A DNA stretch of 64,000 bases, taken from Minisyncoccota bacterium (GTDB lineage: Bacteria > Patescibacteriota > Minisyncoccia > Phycocordibacterales > DSPV01). The notes below the pieces were generated by a model that was not told the DNA's origin, made no database searches, and worked only from the letters and a program-made list of their open reading frames with translations. Where the stretch lies: positions 1,250 to 65,249 of the forward strand of contig JBAZSH010000003.1 in assembly GCA_041662545.1 (NCBI GenBank), given 5' to 3'. The position numbers and the translations under genes are program-made. Below are positions 48,844 to 57,113 of this stretch, one piece after another (positions within the stretch are counted from its first letter, which is position 1; every line of letters begins with the position of its first letter).

Positions 48844-49788
48844 ATGAAAATTTTAAATACTATCGGCGAAAATTTTGCGTTGGAAGCTAAAAAAATACTG
48901 GTTGGCTTGGGCAAAGTTGATTATAAAATTCCAACCCAGAAAGAGCTGGCGGAAATAATTGGTGATTATGACGCGGTAATCGTTGGTCTCGGTTTAAATT
49001 TCCATAAAGAAATTTTGTCACGAGCGAAAAAACTAAAAGTAATTGCTACGGCGACTACGGGTCTTGACCACATTGATGTCGCTTGGGCGAAAAAGCGGGG
49101 GATTAAGGTTTTAAGTTTACGGGGCGAGGAAAAGTTTTTAAACACCATTACTGGCACGGCCGAATTGGCTTTCGGTTTACTCATTGATTTGTCGCGCTTC
49201 ACACCTTGGGCTTTTGAAGATGTGAAAAATTATCGTTGGCGGCGCGAGGATTGGAAAGGCGCGAGTTTATACGGTAAAACTTTGGGTATTATTGGTTTGG
49301 GGCGATTAGGAAAAATGACGGCGCGTTTTGGCCAAGCGTTTGGTATGAAAGTTTTGTTTACCGACCCGAATGTTTCGCCAAAAGATTTTCCTCAATACAA
49401 AAAGGTTTCTTTAAAAAAATTGCTCAAAGAAAGTAGTGCGGTTTCCATCCATCTTCATCTAGGCAAAGATACGGAAAATCTTTTGGCTAGAAAAGAATTT
49501 ACCCTAATGAAAAAAAGCGCGATTTTAGTGAACACCTCACGCGGTAAAATCGTCAACGAAAAAGATTTACTGGTTGCTTTGAAAAGTGGTCAATTGGGTG
49601 GTTATGCGACTGATGTTTTGGCTGACGAACTTTCTTTTAAAACTGTTGGTTTCAAAAAACACCCACTGGTTGAATATTCTAAAACCCACCAAAATCTTAT
49701 TATCGCCCCACATATTGGCGGTATGACCACCGACTCCCGCCTCGCCACTGACCTATTCATGGTGGAGAAATTGAATAAATTCTTGTAA
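48844..49788 (+). CDS. D-isomer-specific 2-hydroxyacid dehydrogenase family (second copy)
   Basis: LGIIGLGRLGKMTARFG Rossmann motif; paralog of 39113..40078; alternative ATG at 48829 overlaps the upstream stop. Confidence 0.65.
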   Translation: MKILNTIGENFALEAKKILVGLGKVDYKIPTQKELAEIIGDYDAVIVGLGLNFHKEILSRAKKLKVIATATTGLDHIDVAWAKKRGIKVLSLRGEEKFLNTITGTAELAFGLLIDLSRFTPWAFEDVKNYRWRREDWKGASLYGKTLGIIGLGRLGKMTARFGQAFGMKVLFTDPNVSPKDFPQYKKVSLKKLLKESSAVSIHLHLGKDTENLLARKEFTLMKKSAILVNTSRGKIVNEKDLLVALKSGQLGGYATDVLADELSFKTVGFKKHPLVEYSKTHQNLIIAPHIGGMTTDSRLATDLFMVEKLNKFL

Positions 49789-49805
49789 GCTGGTATATTG
49801 GTGGG

Positions 49806-51977
49806 ATGAAATTAAATAAGATTTTGCGTTGGGTGGCGTTGGGGGGAATTTTTCTGGTGCCGTTTGTACCACTAGTAATCGCAAATAATCTGTTCTTCCC
49901 GTTCATTACTGGCAAGGCCTTTGTTTTCAGAATTTTGGTAATGATTGCCGCCGGTGCTTGGCTGATTTTGGCTTTGCGGGACGAGGACTATCGGCCGAAA
50001 AATTCTTGGATTTTAAAAGCGCTGGTAGTTTTTTTTGTTATTGTCAGTTTGGCCGATATTTTTGGCGCCAACCCCTTCAAAAGTTTTTGGAGTAATTTTG
50101 AGCGAATGGAGGGTTGGGTTGGGATTTTCCATCTATTTCTCTATTTCTTGACGGCCAGCTCAATGCTTAATGACTGGAAACTTTGGAAAAAATTTTTCCA
50201 AACCTCAATTGTCGCCAGTGTGATAATGAGTGGTTACGGTATCCTTCAATTGACAGGTGCGATGACAATTTTTCAAGGTGGTACGCGGTTGGATGGAACT
50301 TTTGGCAATGCCACTTACTTAGCGGTCTATATGCTTTTCCATATTTTTCTGACTTTTTTTCTTTTATTGCGCGAGCGCTTTAGCAAGACCTTACAATGGA
50401 CCTACGGCATTATTATCGCTTTGCAATTATTTACTCTGTATCATACCGCCACTCGCGGTGTGTCACTTGGTTTACTCGGTGGTATTTTAGTAACGGCAAT
50501 TTTAATCGCTTTATTTGAAAAAGAAAGATTATTTCTGAAAAAAGGTGCTCGAATTGCCCTAATCTCTATTGTGATTTTGGTTGGCGGTTTTATTGCTATA
50601 AAAAATACCAGTTTTGTTCAGAATAGTGGCTCGTTGTCGCGACTGGCTTCAATTTCTTTAAACGAAGCCGCGCCGCGTTTTATGGTTTGGAATATGGGCT
50701 GGCAGGGTTTTCTGGAACGGCCGATTTTGGGTTGGGGGCAAGAAAGTTTTAATTTTGTTTTCAATAAATATTATGACCCAAAAATGTATACCCAAGAGCA
50801 ATGGTTTGATCGTTCGCATAATATAATTTTTGATTGGCTAATTGCTGCCGGCATCCTCGGGCTTTTAAGTTATTTGTCAATTTTCGTTGCGCTTCTTTTT
50901 TATCTTTGGCGCGGCAAGAGCGAAGAATTTTCTTTTTCCGAGAAAGCTATTTTTACCGGTTTGCTAGCCGCTTACTTTTTCCAAAACATTTTTGTTTTTG
51001 ACAATATCGGCAGTTACATAATGTTTTTCTCCATTTTGGCTTTCTTCCACCTTAGCTTTGGCAAGTCTTTTTCTGATAAGTGGCAGAAGAAATTAGTTTT
51101 TGACGAAATGACGACCAATAAAATTGTCACGCCCATGATTGTGGTGATAGCACTTTTCGCTCTTTATTTTTTCAATACCAAACCCTATCTAACCGGCACG
51201 ACCTTGATTGGTGCTTTACAGGAGAGGGTGGTGGAACAGAAATTTGTTTTGTTTGAAAAAGCTCTGTCTTATAATTCTCTTGGTGGCGCTGAAATTCGCG
51301 AGCAACTTTCCCAGACGGCCTTAGGGGTCGGCGCATCGCAAGCTCCGGTAGAATGGAAACAAAAATATTTTGACTTGGCGCGTTCTGAACTCTTGAAACA
51401 GATTGAAGTGCCGAAAATCGGCGATGCTCGCTATGAACTTTTTCTCGGCTCATATCTGACTCGGTTCCAACGATATGATGAAGCGTTAATTCATTTGAAA
51501 AAAGCACAGGAACTTTCGCCCAAAAAACAAATAATTATGTTTGAAATCGGTTTGGTTTATATCAGCAATAAAAAATATGACCAGGCCTTAGAGGTTTTCC
51601 GTCAGGCTTATGAATTAGAAAAGAATTATCCCGACGCCCGTGATTATTATGCCGTTGCCGCCATTTACGCTGGCCAGGATAATCTGGTAAAATCTATTTT
51701 GGAGCCGGTTTATGGCACGACCATTGTTGATGGTGATAATTTCGTTAAGGCCTACGCTGACACCAATCAGTATCAAAAGGTTTTGGCAATTTGGCAATTA
51801 CGAGTGGAGCAAAATCCAGTGGCGAAAAATTACATTGGTCTCGGCGCTACCTATTTAAATCTGGGGCAAAGAACGAAATCCATTGAGGCCATTCAAAAAG
51901 CTATTGATTTGGACGCCAGTTTTAAAGATCAGGGCGAGTACTATATTAAAGAAATTCGGGCTGGTCGTAATCCTTAG
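49806..51977 (+). CDS. O-antigen ligase-like (Wzy_C/PglL-type) polytopic membrane protein with C-terminal TPR repeats (paralog of 931..3375)
   Basis: GWGQESFNFVF and RSHNIIFDWLIAAGILG Wzy_C-type loop/helix motifs; C-terminal TPR-like repeats (YDEALIHLKKAQELSPK, YDQALEVFRQAYELEKNYPDA). Confidence 0.6.
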   Translation: MKLNKILRWVALGGIFLVPFVPLVIANNLFFPFITGKAFVFRILVMIAAGAWLILALRDEDYRPKNSWILKALVVFFVIVSLADIFGANPFKSFWSNFERMEGWVGIFHLFLYFLTASSMLNDWKLWKKFFQTSIVASVIMSGYGILQLTGAMTIFQGGTRLDGTFGNATYLAVYMLFHIFLTFFLLLRERFSKTLQWTYGIIIALQLFTLYHTATRGVSLGLLGGILVTAILIALFEKERLFLKKGARIALISIVILVGGFIAIKNTSFVQNSGSLSRLASISLNEAAPRFMVWNMGWQGFLERPILGWGQESFNFVFNKYYDPKMYTQEQWFDRSHNIIFDWLIAAGILGLLSYLSIFVALLFYLWRGKSEEFSFSEKAIFTGLLAAYFFQNIFVFDNIGSYIMFFSILAFFHLSFGKSFSDKWQKKLVFDEMTTNKIVTPMIVVIALFALYFFNTKPYLTGTTLIGALQERVVEQKFVLFEKALSYNSLGGAEIREQLSQTALGVGASQAPVEWKQKYFDLARSELLKQIEVPKIGDARYELFLGSYLTRFQRYDEALIHLKKAQELSPKKQIIMFEIGLVYISNKKYDQALEVFRQAYELEKNYPDARDYYAVAAIYAGQDNLVKSILEPVYGTTIVDGDNFVKAYADTNQYQKVLAIWQLRVEQNPVAKNYIGLGATYLNLGQRTKSIEAIQKAIDLDASFKDQGEYYIKEIRAGRNP

Positions 51978-52003
51978 GTAGAATTATCAGTTTTAGATAA
52001 TAT

Positions 52004-52372
52004 ATGAAAATCAACATCAAAGGGACTAATCTTACAGTTTCTCCCGATATCAATGCTTATTTAGACGAGAAGCTGAAAAGTGTAATTAAATTAGTTGATC
52101 AAAATGATGAGACGGTAATCTTTGACATTGAATTGGGACGAACTACTCGACATCATCAAACCGGCGATATTTTTCGCGCTGAAATTAATCTTTATCGCCG
52201 TGATGGTAACTATCGGGCGGTGTCGGAGGCCAGCGATATTTTTTCAGCAATTGATTTAGTTAAGGATCAAATGCTTGACGAATTGCGTGACGCTAAGGGT
52301 AAGCGATTACACTTTATCCGAAAAAGCGGCCGGCAAGTCAAGGAGTGGTTGCGTCGATTTTATAAGCATTAA
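52004..52372 (+). CDS. hpf: Ribosome hibernation promoting factor (HPF/RaiA family)
   Basis: MKINIKGTNLTVSPDINAYLDEKL N-terminus typical of HPF; 122 aa. Confidence 0.75.
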   Translation: MKINIKGTNLTVSPDINAYLDEKLKSVIKLVDQNDETVIFDIELGRTTRHHQTGDIFRAEINLYRRDGNYRAVSEASDIFSAIDLVKDQMLDELRDAKGKRLHFIRKSGRQVKEWLRRFYKH

Positions 52373-52387
52373 TTTAAAAAATAAAAA

Positions 52388-53023
52388 ATGTTTTTAAGCA
52401 AAAGGTTTTCACCACTTACTTCCTCTATTTTTTTATTGCTTCTTTCTGGGGTAACGGCGATCCTGTATTTTACTGTTGCCAAAGCGGAAAAAATTGCTGA
52501 TCAATGGTCGGCGATAAGTCCAGCGGCAGTGAGTCAATCTTCTGTTAACGAGGCCTTGATCAGGACTTCGCTGGGCGATATCAGAATTAAATTATTGGAA
52601 GATAAGGCGCCCAAGACCGTAGAAAATTTTGTTAAATTGGTGAAGGACAATTTTTATGACAACACTAAATTTCATCGGATAATTCCTGATTTTATGATTC
52701 AAGGAGGCGATCCACTGACAAAAGACGACACAGCAAAAGAGCGATGGGGAACTGGTGGGCCGGGTTATAATTTTGCCGATGAACCGAATAATGTAAAAAT
52801 GGTTCGGGGCGTTTTGGCAATGGCCAATTCTGGTCCTGATACCAACGGCAGTCAATTTTTCATTATTACCACCGCCGAAACCCCATGGCTTCAAGGCAAG
52901 CACACAGTTTTCGGTCAAGTGATTGCTGGGATGGATATTGTTGATAAAATTTCTGCCTTGCCCACCGATGATCGCGACGTGTCACTTCAGCCGGTGGTTG
53001 TTCAAGAAATTATTTTAAGATAA
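52388..53023 (+). CDS. Peptidyl-prolyl cis-trans isomerase, cyclophilin type, with N-terminal signal/anchor
   Basis: FHRIIPDFMIQGGDP and SQFFIIT cyclophilin motifs; hydrophobic N-terminus. Confidence 0.8.
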   Translation: MFLSKRFSPLTSSIFLLLLSGVTAILYFTVAKAEKIADQWSAISPAAVSQSSVNEALIRTSLGDIRIKLLEDKAPKTVENFVKLVKDNFYDNTKFHRIIPDFMIQGGDPLTKDDTAKERWGTGGPGYNFADEPNNVKMVRGVLAMANSGPDTNGSQFFIITTAETPWLQGKHTVFGQVIAGMDIVDKISALPTDDRDVSLQPVVVQEIILR

Positions 53024-53861
53024 ATTGAGCAAAAGCAATTTCCTTTTTGCCCTCGGGAATCACCGATTCTATTTTTAGTTGGTCATTAGCGAAAGAAGCT
53101 TTCGTAATTTTCATTCTTATCTTTTTTCCATTTTGTTCGGCGAAAAAGTAAGCGCCGGGCCAACCGGCAAAGGCCTGAATTTTTAGAAAATTCTGGCGTG
53201 GATCGCCGTTTAAATCAATCAATCCATCTTCTTTAGTGATTTTTTTGCAAAAAGTTGTTTGGCTATCATCTTGGGGAATCGGCGTGATTTTGTCCCCGAG
53301 CCACTTTGGGAGTGTTTCTACTAAAAGTTTTCCACCTTCTTTTGCTAATTTTTCTGATAATTCTTTGGCCGTCGGCACTTTGGTTGGAGTAGCCAGTTCT
53401 CGCAAAACGAGAACTTGCCCATGATCCATTTTTTCATCCATCAGCATTATCGTTACCCCAACATTTTTTTCATCATTTAAAATTTGGGCTTGAATCGGTG
53501 AGGCACCGCGATACTTTGGCAGTAGGGAAGGATGGACATTAAGAATACCTCGCTCGGGAATTTCTAAAATATTTTTTGGGATTATTTTGCCATAGGAAGC
53601 AACCACACCAATTTTTAATTTATAATTTTTAATTTTCAAACACAAGTCGTCGTCTAATTTTTCCGGTTGGAGAAAATTAATTTTATTTTTAATAGCCCAA
53701 AGTTTGACTGGTGGCGGGGTAAGTTTTAGACCACGACCCTTTGGCCTATCGGGTGAAGTGACAATCAAGGTCGGCAAAAAGCCGGCGCTTTTTAGCTCAT
53801 CCAACACACCTACCGAAAAATCATCCGTTCCAAAAAAAGCAAAATTAGTTTTGTTTTTCAT
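53010..53861 (-). CDS. fmt: Methionyl-tRNA formyltransferase
   Basis: FFGTDDFSVGVLDELKSAGFLPTLIVTSPDRPKGRGLKLTPPPVK; formyltransferase N-domain HPSLLPKYRGASPIQ. Confidence 0.8.
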   Translation of the reverse strand: MKNKTNFAFFGTDDFSVGVLDELKSAGFLPTLIVTSPDRPKGRGLKLTPPPVKLWAIKNKINFLQPEKLDDDLCLKIKNYKLKIGVVASYGKIIPKNILEIPERGILNVHPSLLPKYRGASPIQAQILNDEKNVGVTIMLMDEKMDHGQVLVLRELATPTKVPTAKELSEKLAKEGGKLLVETLPKWLGDKITPIPQDDSQTTFCKKITKEDGLIDLNGDPRQNFLKIQAFAGWPGAYFFAEQNGKKIRMKITKASFANDQLKIESVIPEGKKEIAFAQFILK

Positions 53862-54366
53862 ATTTTTCTAATTCCTCTGGCGTTACTTCCACCACTTCTT
53901 TGGCTTTGTCGGTAAATAAAATACCCTCCAAGTGATCCAGTTCGTGTTGAAAAATTTGCGCCAGAATCCCACCGGCACCGCGAGTAAATTCTTCACCATT
54001 TTCATCAACAGCGCGGATAGTGACATTGCGAGCTCGATTGACTTTGCCGTAAAGCCAACGAACCGACAGGCAACCTTCTTCAGATTCCTTTTTCTTTTTA
54101 GACATACTTAAGAGCACTGGATTGATACAGATTAAGTCTTCTTTTCCTTCACCAAGCCACTTGCCGGCGACAATGAAAATCCGAAGCGCCTCACCAACTT
54201 GCGGAGCGGCAATGGCCACACCATCAGCCTCGCCAGCCAACGAGGCTTTCATTTTTTTCATTAGCCGGCGGATTTTGGTTGATTTGATCTCTTTTAACGG
54301 TACCGGCTGGGCAATTTGCCTCAAAACCGGCTCGTCGGCTTGATAAACCTCCTTAATTTTTGTCAT
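53845..54366 (-). CDS. def: Peptide deformylase
   Basis: GVAIAAPQVG, EGCLSV, QHELDHLEG metal-binding motifs. Confidence 0.85.
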   Translation of the reverse strand: MTKIKEVYQADEPVLRQIAQPVPLKEIKSTKIRRLMKKMKASLAGEADGVAIAAPQVGEALRIFIVAGKWLGEGKEDLICINPVLLSMSKKKKESEEGCLSVRWLYGKVNRARNVTIRAVDENGEEFTRGAGGILAQIFQHELDHLEGILFTDKAKEVVEVTPEELEKYEKQN

Positions 54367-54396
54367 TCTCCAATTATATTGATTTTACCGAATATT

Positions 54397-54678
54397 TCAA
54401 ATATTATTTTTTACCCGAGAATTTTTGAGTATACCGAAGAATTTTTTGCTGAAAGAGTCACCCTGATCGCATTCCTTAAAAAACCAATAAAGATCTCTGA
54501 TTTTAACATGAGCAACCAGTCCGTTTATTTGTCTCCAGGTAACAGGTTTAAATTTAGTGCCAATTCGTTCCAGATTAATTTTGTCCACGAAACGCTGGAC
54601 ACATTCTTGCCGCTCGCTGGTGATTTTGAGCGGTTGCTTACTTTTTAGTTTCTCTAGATAATTTTTAGGGATATCCAT
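54397..54678 (-). CDS. Hypothetical small protein (93 aa) in def-fmt operon
   Basis: ORF tightly packed between udg (14 nt gap) and def (30 nt gap) on same strand; no recognisable motif. Confidence 0.3.
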   Translation of the reverse strand: MDIPKNYLEKLKSKQPLKITSERQECVQRFVDKINLERIGTKFKPVTWRQINGLVAHVKIRDLYWFFKECDQGDSFSKKFFGILKNSRVKNNI

Positions 54679-54692
54679 AATTTCAAAAAATA

Positions 54693-55259
54693 TTAAAATT
54701 CAAATGTAATTTTTTCAGAAACTATTTTGGGGAGTTTTTTGAAGTCAGCGCGCAAGTCATTTAAGACGGCGGTGGCACGAAGGGCGGCGGCTGGATGATA
54801 GAGTGGCACGATTATTTGTTCATCCAAATCAAACAATTTGCCATGAGCATTGGAAATTTTGGCGAAGGGTAAAAAATAATTCATAGAAAATCTGCCTAAA
54901 GGAGCGACAATTTTTGGTTTAATAATTTCGATTTGTCGTGCCAGATAGGGTTTATAGGCCTCAATTTCTTCTGGCAACGGGTCGCGGTTTTCCGGTGGTC
55001 GGCGTTTGACGATATTAGTAATGTAAACATCTTTTCTTTGCCAGCCGATTTCTTCTAACATTTTGTCCAAAAGTTTCCCAGCTCGGCCGACGAATGGCCG
55101 ACGCAATTCGTTTTCGGTTTGGCCCGGCGCTTCACCGATGAACATTACTTGGCAATCGGCATCACCTTCACCGAAAACTAGGTTTGATTCTCGCAATGGC
55201 AGAGTTGTGTCGCTGGCGATTTCTTCTTCCAGTTTTTTGAGTTGCTTTAGTTTGTCCAT
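54693..55259 (-). CDS. Uracil-DNA glycosylase, family 4/5 type
   Basis: VMFIGEAPGQTENELRRPFVGRAGKLL (GEAPG motif) and LYHPAAALR. Confidence 0.7.
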   Translation of the reverse strand: MDKLKQLKKLEEEIASDTTLPLRESNLVFGEGDADCQVMFIGEAPGQTENELRRPFVGRAGKLLDKMLEEIGWQRKDVYITNIVKRRPPENRDPLPEEIEAYKPYLARQIEIIKPKIVAPLGRFSMNYFLPFAKISNAHGKLFDLDEQIIVPLYHPAAALRATAVLNDLRADFKKLPKIVSEKITFEF

Positions 55260-55335
55260 AAATTTATCTTATCATATTCGCAAATTCCAGAAGATAAAAT
55301 TTTGTGTTATATTGTCGTGGGAATGTGCGATTAGG

Positions 55336-55409
55336 GGGCGATTAGCTCAGCTGGTTAGAGCGTGCGATTCACATTCGCAAGGCCACAGGTTCGATTCCTG
55401 TATCGCCCA
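55336..55409 (+). tRNA. tRNA-Val, anticodon CAC, no encoded CCA
   Basis: Acceptor GGGCGAT/ATCGCCC, D-arm GCTC-AGCTGGTTA-GAGC, anticodon stem TGCGA/TCGCA loop TTCACAT, T-arm ACAGG-TTCGATT-CCTGT, discriminator A. Confidence 0.8.
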
Positions 55410-55413
55410 TTGT

Positions 55414-55447
55414 CGGGGTATAGTATAACGGCAGTATACACGCTTCG
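55414..55447 (+). other. Duplicate 5' half (acceptor to anticodon loop) of tRNA-Pro, followed by 21 nt element X (CCTGCCCGCCATTGCCAGAGC)
   Basis: 34 nt identical to positions 1-34 of the complete tRNA-Pro at 55469..55539. Confidence 0.6.
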
Positions 55448-55468
55448 CCTGCCCGCCATTGCCAGAGC

Positions 55469-55539
55469 CGGGGTATAGTATAACGGCAGTATACACGCTT
55501 CGGGTGCGTGAGGTCTGGGTTCAATTCCCAGTACCCCGA
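55469..55539 (+). tRNA. tRNA-Pro, anticodon CGG (complete copy), no encoded CCA
   Basis: C1-G70 acceptor CGGGGTA/TACCCCG, anticodon stem CACGC/GCGTG with loop TTCGGGT (anticodon CGG, G37), T-arm CTGGG-TTCAATT-CCCAG; 71 nt with atypical D-arm. Confidence 0.7.
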
Positions 55540-55561
55540 AGGCAAAGGCTATGGCAGGCGG

Positions 55562-55599
55562 GGGTGCGTGAGGTCTGGGTTCAATTCCCAGTACCCCGA
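55562..55599 (+). other. Duplicate 3' half (anticodon loop to 3' end) of tRNA-Pro, preceded by 22 nt element Y (AGGCAAAGGCTATGGCAGGCGG)
   Basis: 38 nt identical to positions 34-71 of the complete tRNA-Pro; Y is an imperfect reverse complement of X. Confidence 0.6.
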
Positions 55600-55601
55600 G
55601 A

Positions 55602-55672
55602 GGGCTCATAGTAAAGTGGTATTACGCGGCATTCGCATTGCCGAGGCCCGGGTCCGATTCCCGGTGAGTCCA
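55602..55672 (+). tRNA. tRNA-Ala, anticodon CGC, no encoded CCA
   Basis: Acceptor GGGCTCA/TGAGTCC with G3-U70 Ala identity pair, anticodon stem CGGCA/TGCCG loop TTCGCAT, T-arm CCGGG-TCCGATT-CCCGG. Confidence 0.8.
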
Positions 55673-55678
55673 AATTTT

Positions 55679-56155
55679 ATGAAAAAAGTTCGTAAGGTAC
55701 GCAAAAAAATAGTTGCTGTCTCTGGTGGTTTTGATCCGGCGCATGTTGGTCATGTGCGGATGTTTAATGAGGCAAAAAAACTTGGTGATGAACTTGTGGT
55801 AATTCTTAACAACGACAATTGGCTCCGAAAAAAGAAGGACTTTGTTTTTATGGACGAGCAAGAGCGAAAAGAGCTGATTGAAGCCTTTGAAGTCGTGGAT
55901 CGGGTGATTGTTAGCCAGCATAAACCAAATGATTTAGACTGCAGCGTTTGTCGTGAATTAACAGAGCTTCGCCCCCACATTTTTGCCAATGGTGGTGATC
56001 GTAAGCCCGACGGCGATCCTGTGCCCGAAGTCGCTTTGTGTGAAGAATTGGGTATTAAAATGGTCTATAATATTGGTGAGGGCGGCAAAGTTCAGTCCAG
56101 TTCGTGGTTGATTGAAAAAGCAGCGAAGTTGGCGAAGAAAAAGAAAAAAAGTTAA
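55679..56155 (+). CDS. Nucleotidyltransferase of the cytidylyltransferase superfamily (TagD / HldE-domain-II-like)
   Basis: IVAVSGGFDPAHVGHVRMF (GxFDxxHxGH) motif, about 158 aa; start set to ATG 55679 because the longer ORF from 55508 runs through the tRNA genes. Confidence 0.6.
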   Translation: MKKVRKVRKKIVAVSGGFDPAHVGHVRMFNEAKKLGDELVVILNNDNWLRKKKDFVFMDEQERKELIEAFEVVDRVIVSQHKPNDLDCSVCRELTELRPHIFANGGDRKPDGDPVPEVALCEELGIKMVYNIGEGGKVQSSSWLIEKAAKLAKKKKKS

Positions 56156-56164
56156 AATTATATC

Positions 56165-56737
56165 GTGCCGGAATATTTTATTGTTACCTACGGTTATTAC
56201 GCGCTTTTCGTCGGTTCTCTTTTGGAAGGAGAGCTGATGCTTATTATTGCTGGTTTTTTGGCCCATCTTGGTTTATTTAATTTGCCTTGGGTGATGGCCA
56301 TTGCTCTTTCCGGTACGATTATTGCCGATCAATTTTATTTTTATCTTGGTCGTCGACACGGTCGGGAATTTTTAGAAAAGCGACCAAAATGGCAACGACG
56401 CTTAGAAAAAGTGCGAACGCTTTTGGATAAACACCAGAATTTGATTTTGATTGGTTTTCGTTTTCTCTACCAACTTCGGGCGATTATTCCCATTGCTTTC
56501 GGTTTAAGTCCCATGAGAGCAGAAAAGTTTTTAATTTGGAATGTTGCTGGCGCGCTTGTTTGGACCACGATTTTCAGCGCCGGCGGCTATTTTTTCGGCA
56601 ATACTCTAGCCCTTATTTTTACCGATATCAAGCATTATGAAAAAGAGTTAATTTACGCTATCATAGTAGTGGCGGTTTTGTTTTGGGTTGGTTCTTATAT
56701 TTGGAGAAAAATTAAAAACGGTGAAAAAAATCTTTAA
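56165..56737 (+). CDS. DedA/TVP38 family membrane protein
   Basis: LLEGELMLIIAGFLAH... and LGRRHGREFLEK DedA-type motifs, 4-5 TM. Confidence 0.65.
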   Translation: MPEYFIVTYGYYALFVGSLLEGELMLIIAGFLAHLGLFNLPWVMAIALSGTIIADQFYFYLGRRHGREFLEKRPKWQRRLEKVRTLLDKHQNLILIGFRFLYQLRAIIPIAFGLSPMRAEKFLIWNVAGALVWTTIFSAGGYFFGNTLALIFTDIKHYEKELIYAIIVVAVLFWVGSYIWRKIKNGEKNL

Positions 56738-57113
56738 TTATTTTGACAAGTTGGAAGATCGAGTGCGCGCCAAACTTTCTCATCACCCGATCATTTACAG
56801 TTTTATTGGTGGTGTCGCCATCGTGCTCTTTTGGCGTGGCGTTTGGATGACTGCTGACCAGTATGAATTTTTAACTGGGCCGGTATCAATTTTGATTAGC
56901 GTTGTTGTGTTGCTTTTAACTGGACTTTTCGCTTCGTTTTTCATTGGCGACCGAATTTTCTTGTCGGGCTTAAGAAGGGAGAAAAAGATTTTTGAACAAA
57001 CCGAAGCGGAAGTCCAGAAAGAGTCAGAAACTTTGTCTGAAGTCAAAAGTGAATTGAAAGAAATCAAAAAGACCCTGGAAGATATTAAAGAAGAAGAAAC
57101 TAAACATCATTAA
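56721..57113 (+). CDS. Hypothetical membrane protein with C-terminal charged coiled-coil
   Basis: Two TM helices then EQTEAEVQKESETLSEVKSELKEIKKTLEDIKEEE; start ambiguous (GTG 56721 or overlapping ATG 56688). Confidence 0.3.
   Translation: MKKIFNYFDKLEDRVRAKLSHHPIIYSFIGGVAIVLFWRGVWMTADQYEFLTGPVSILISVVVLLLTGLFASFFIGDRIFLSGLRREKKIFEQTEAEVQKESETLSEVKSELKEIKKTLEDIKEEETKHH

Noticed and set aside
54316-54648. Plus-strand 110 aa ORF overlapping the minus-strand hypothetical gene between def and udg
   Set aside because: The minus-strand ORF fits the operon orientation with tight spacing. The plus-strand ORF has no signals and would be antisense to the operon.
55448-55561. Interpreting X/Y flanks of the nested tRNA-Pro as phage/ICE integration att sites
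   Set aside because: No integrase, excisionase or phage genes nearby. The inserted unit is only 114 nt and carries nothing but the tRNA, so it is too small for an integrative element.
55508-55678. N-terminal 57 codons of the supplied 215 aa ORF (55508..56155), which run straight through the tRNA-Pro 3' half and tRNA-Ala
   Set aside because: The translated segment is tRNA sequence (GVRSGFNSQYPE twice mirrors the duplicated tRNA-Pro 3' half). The real gene starts at ATG 55679 with a convincing cytidylyltransferase N-terminus.
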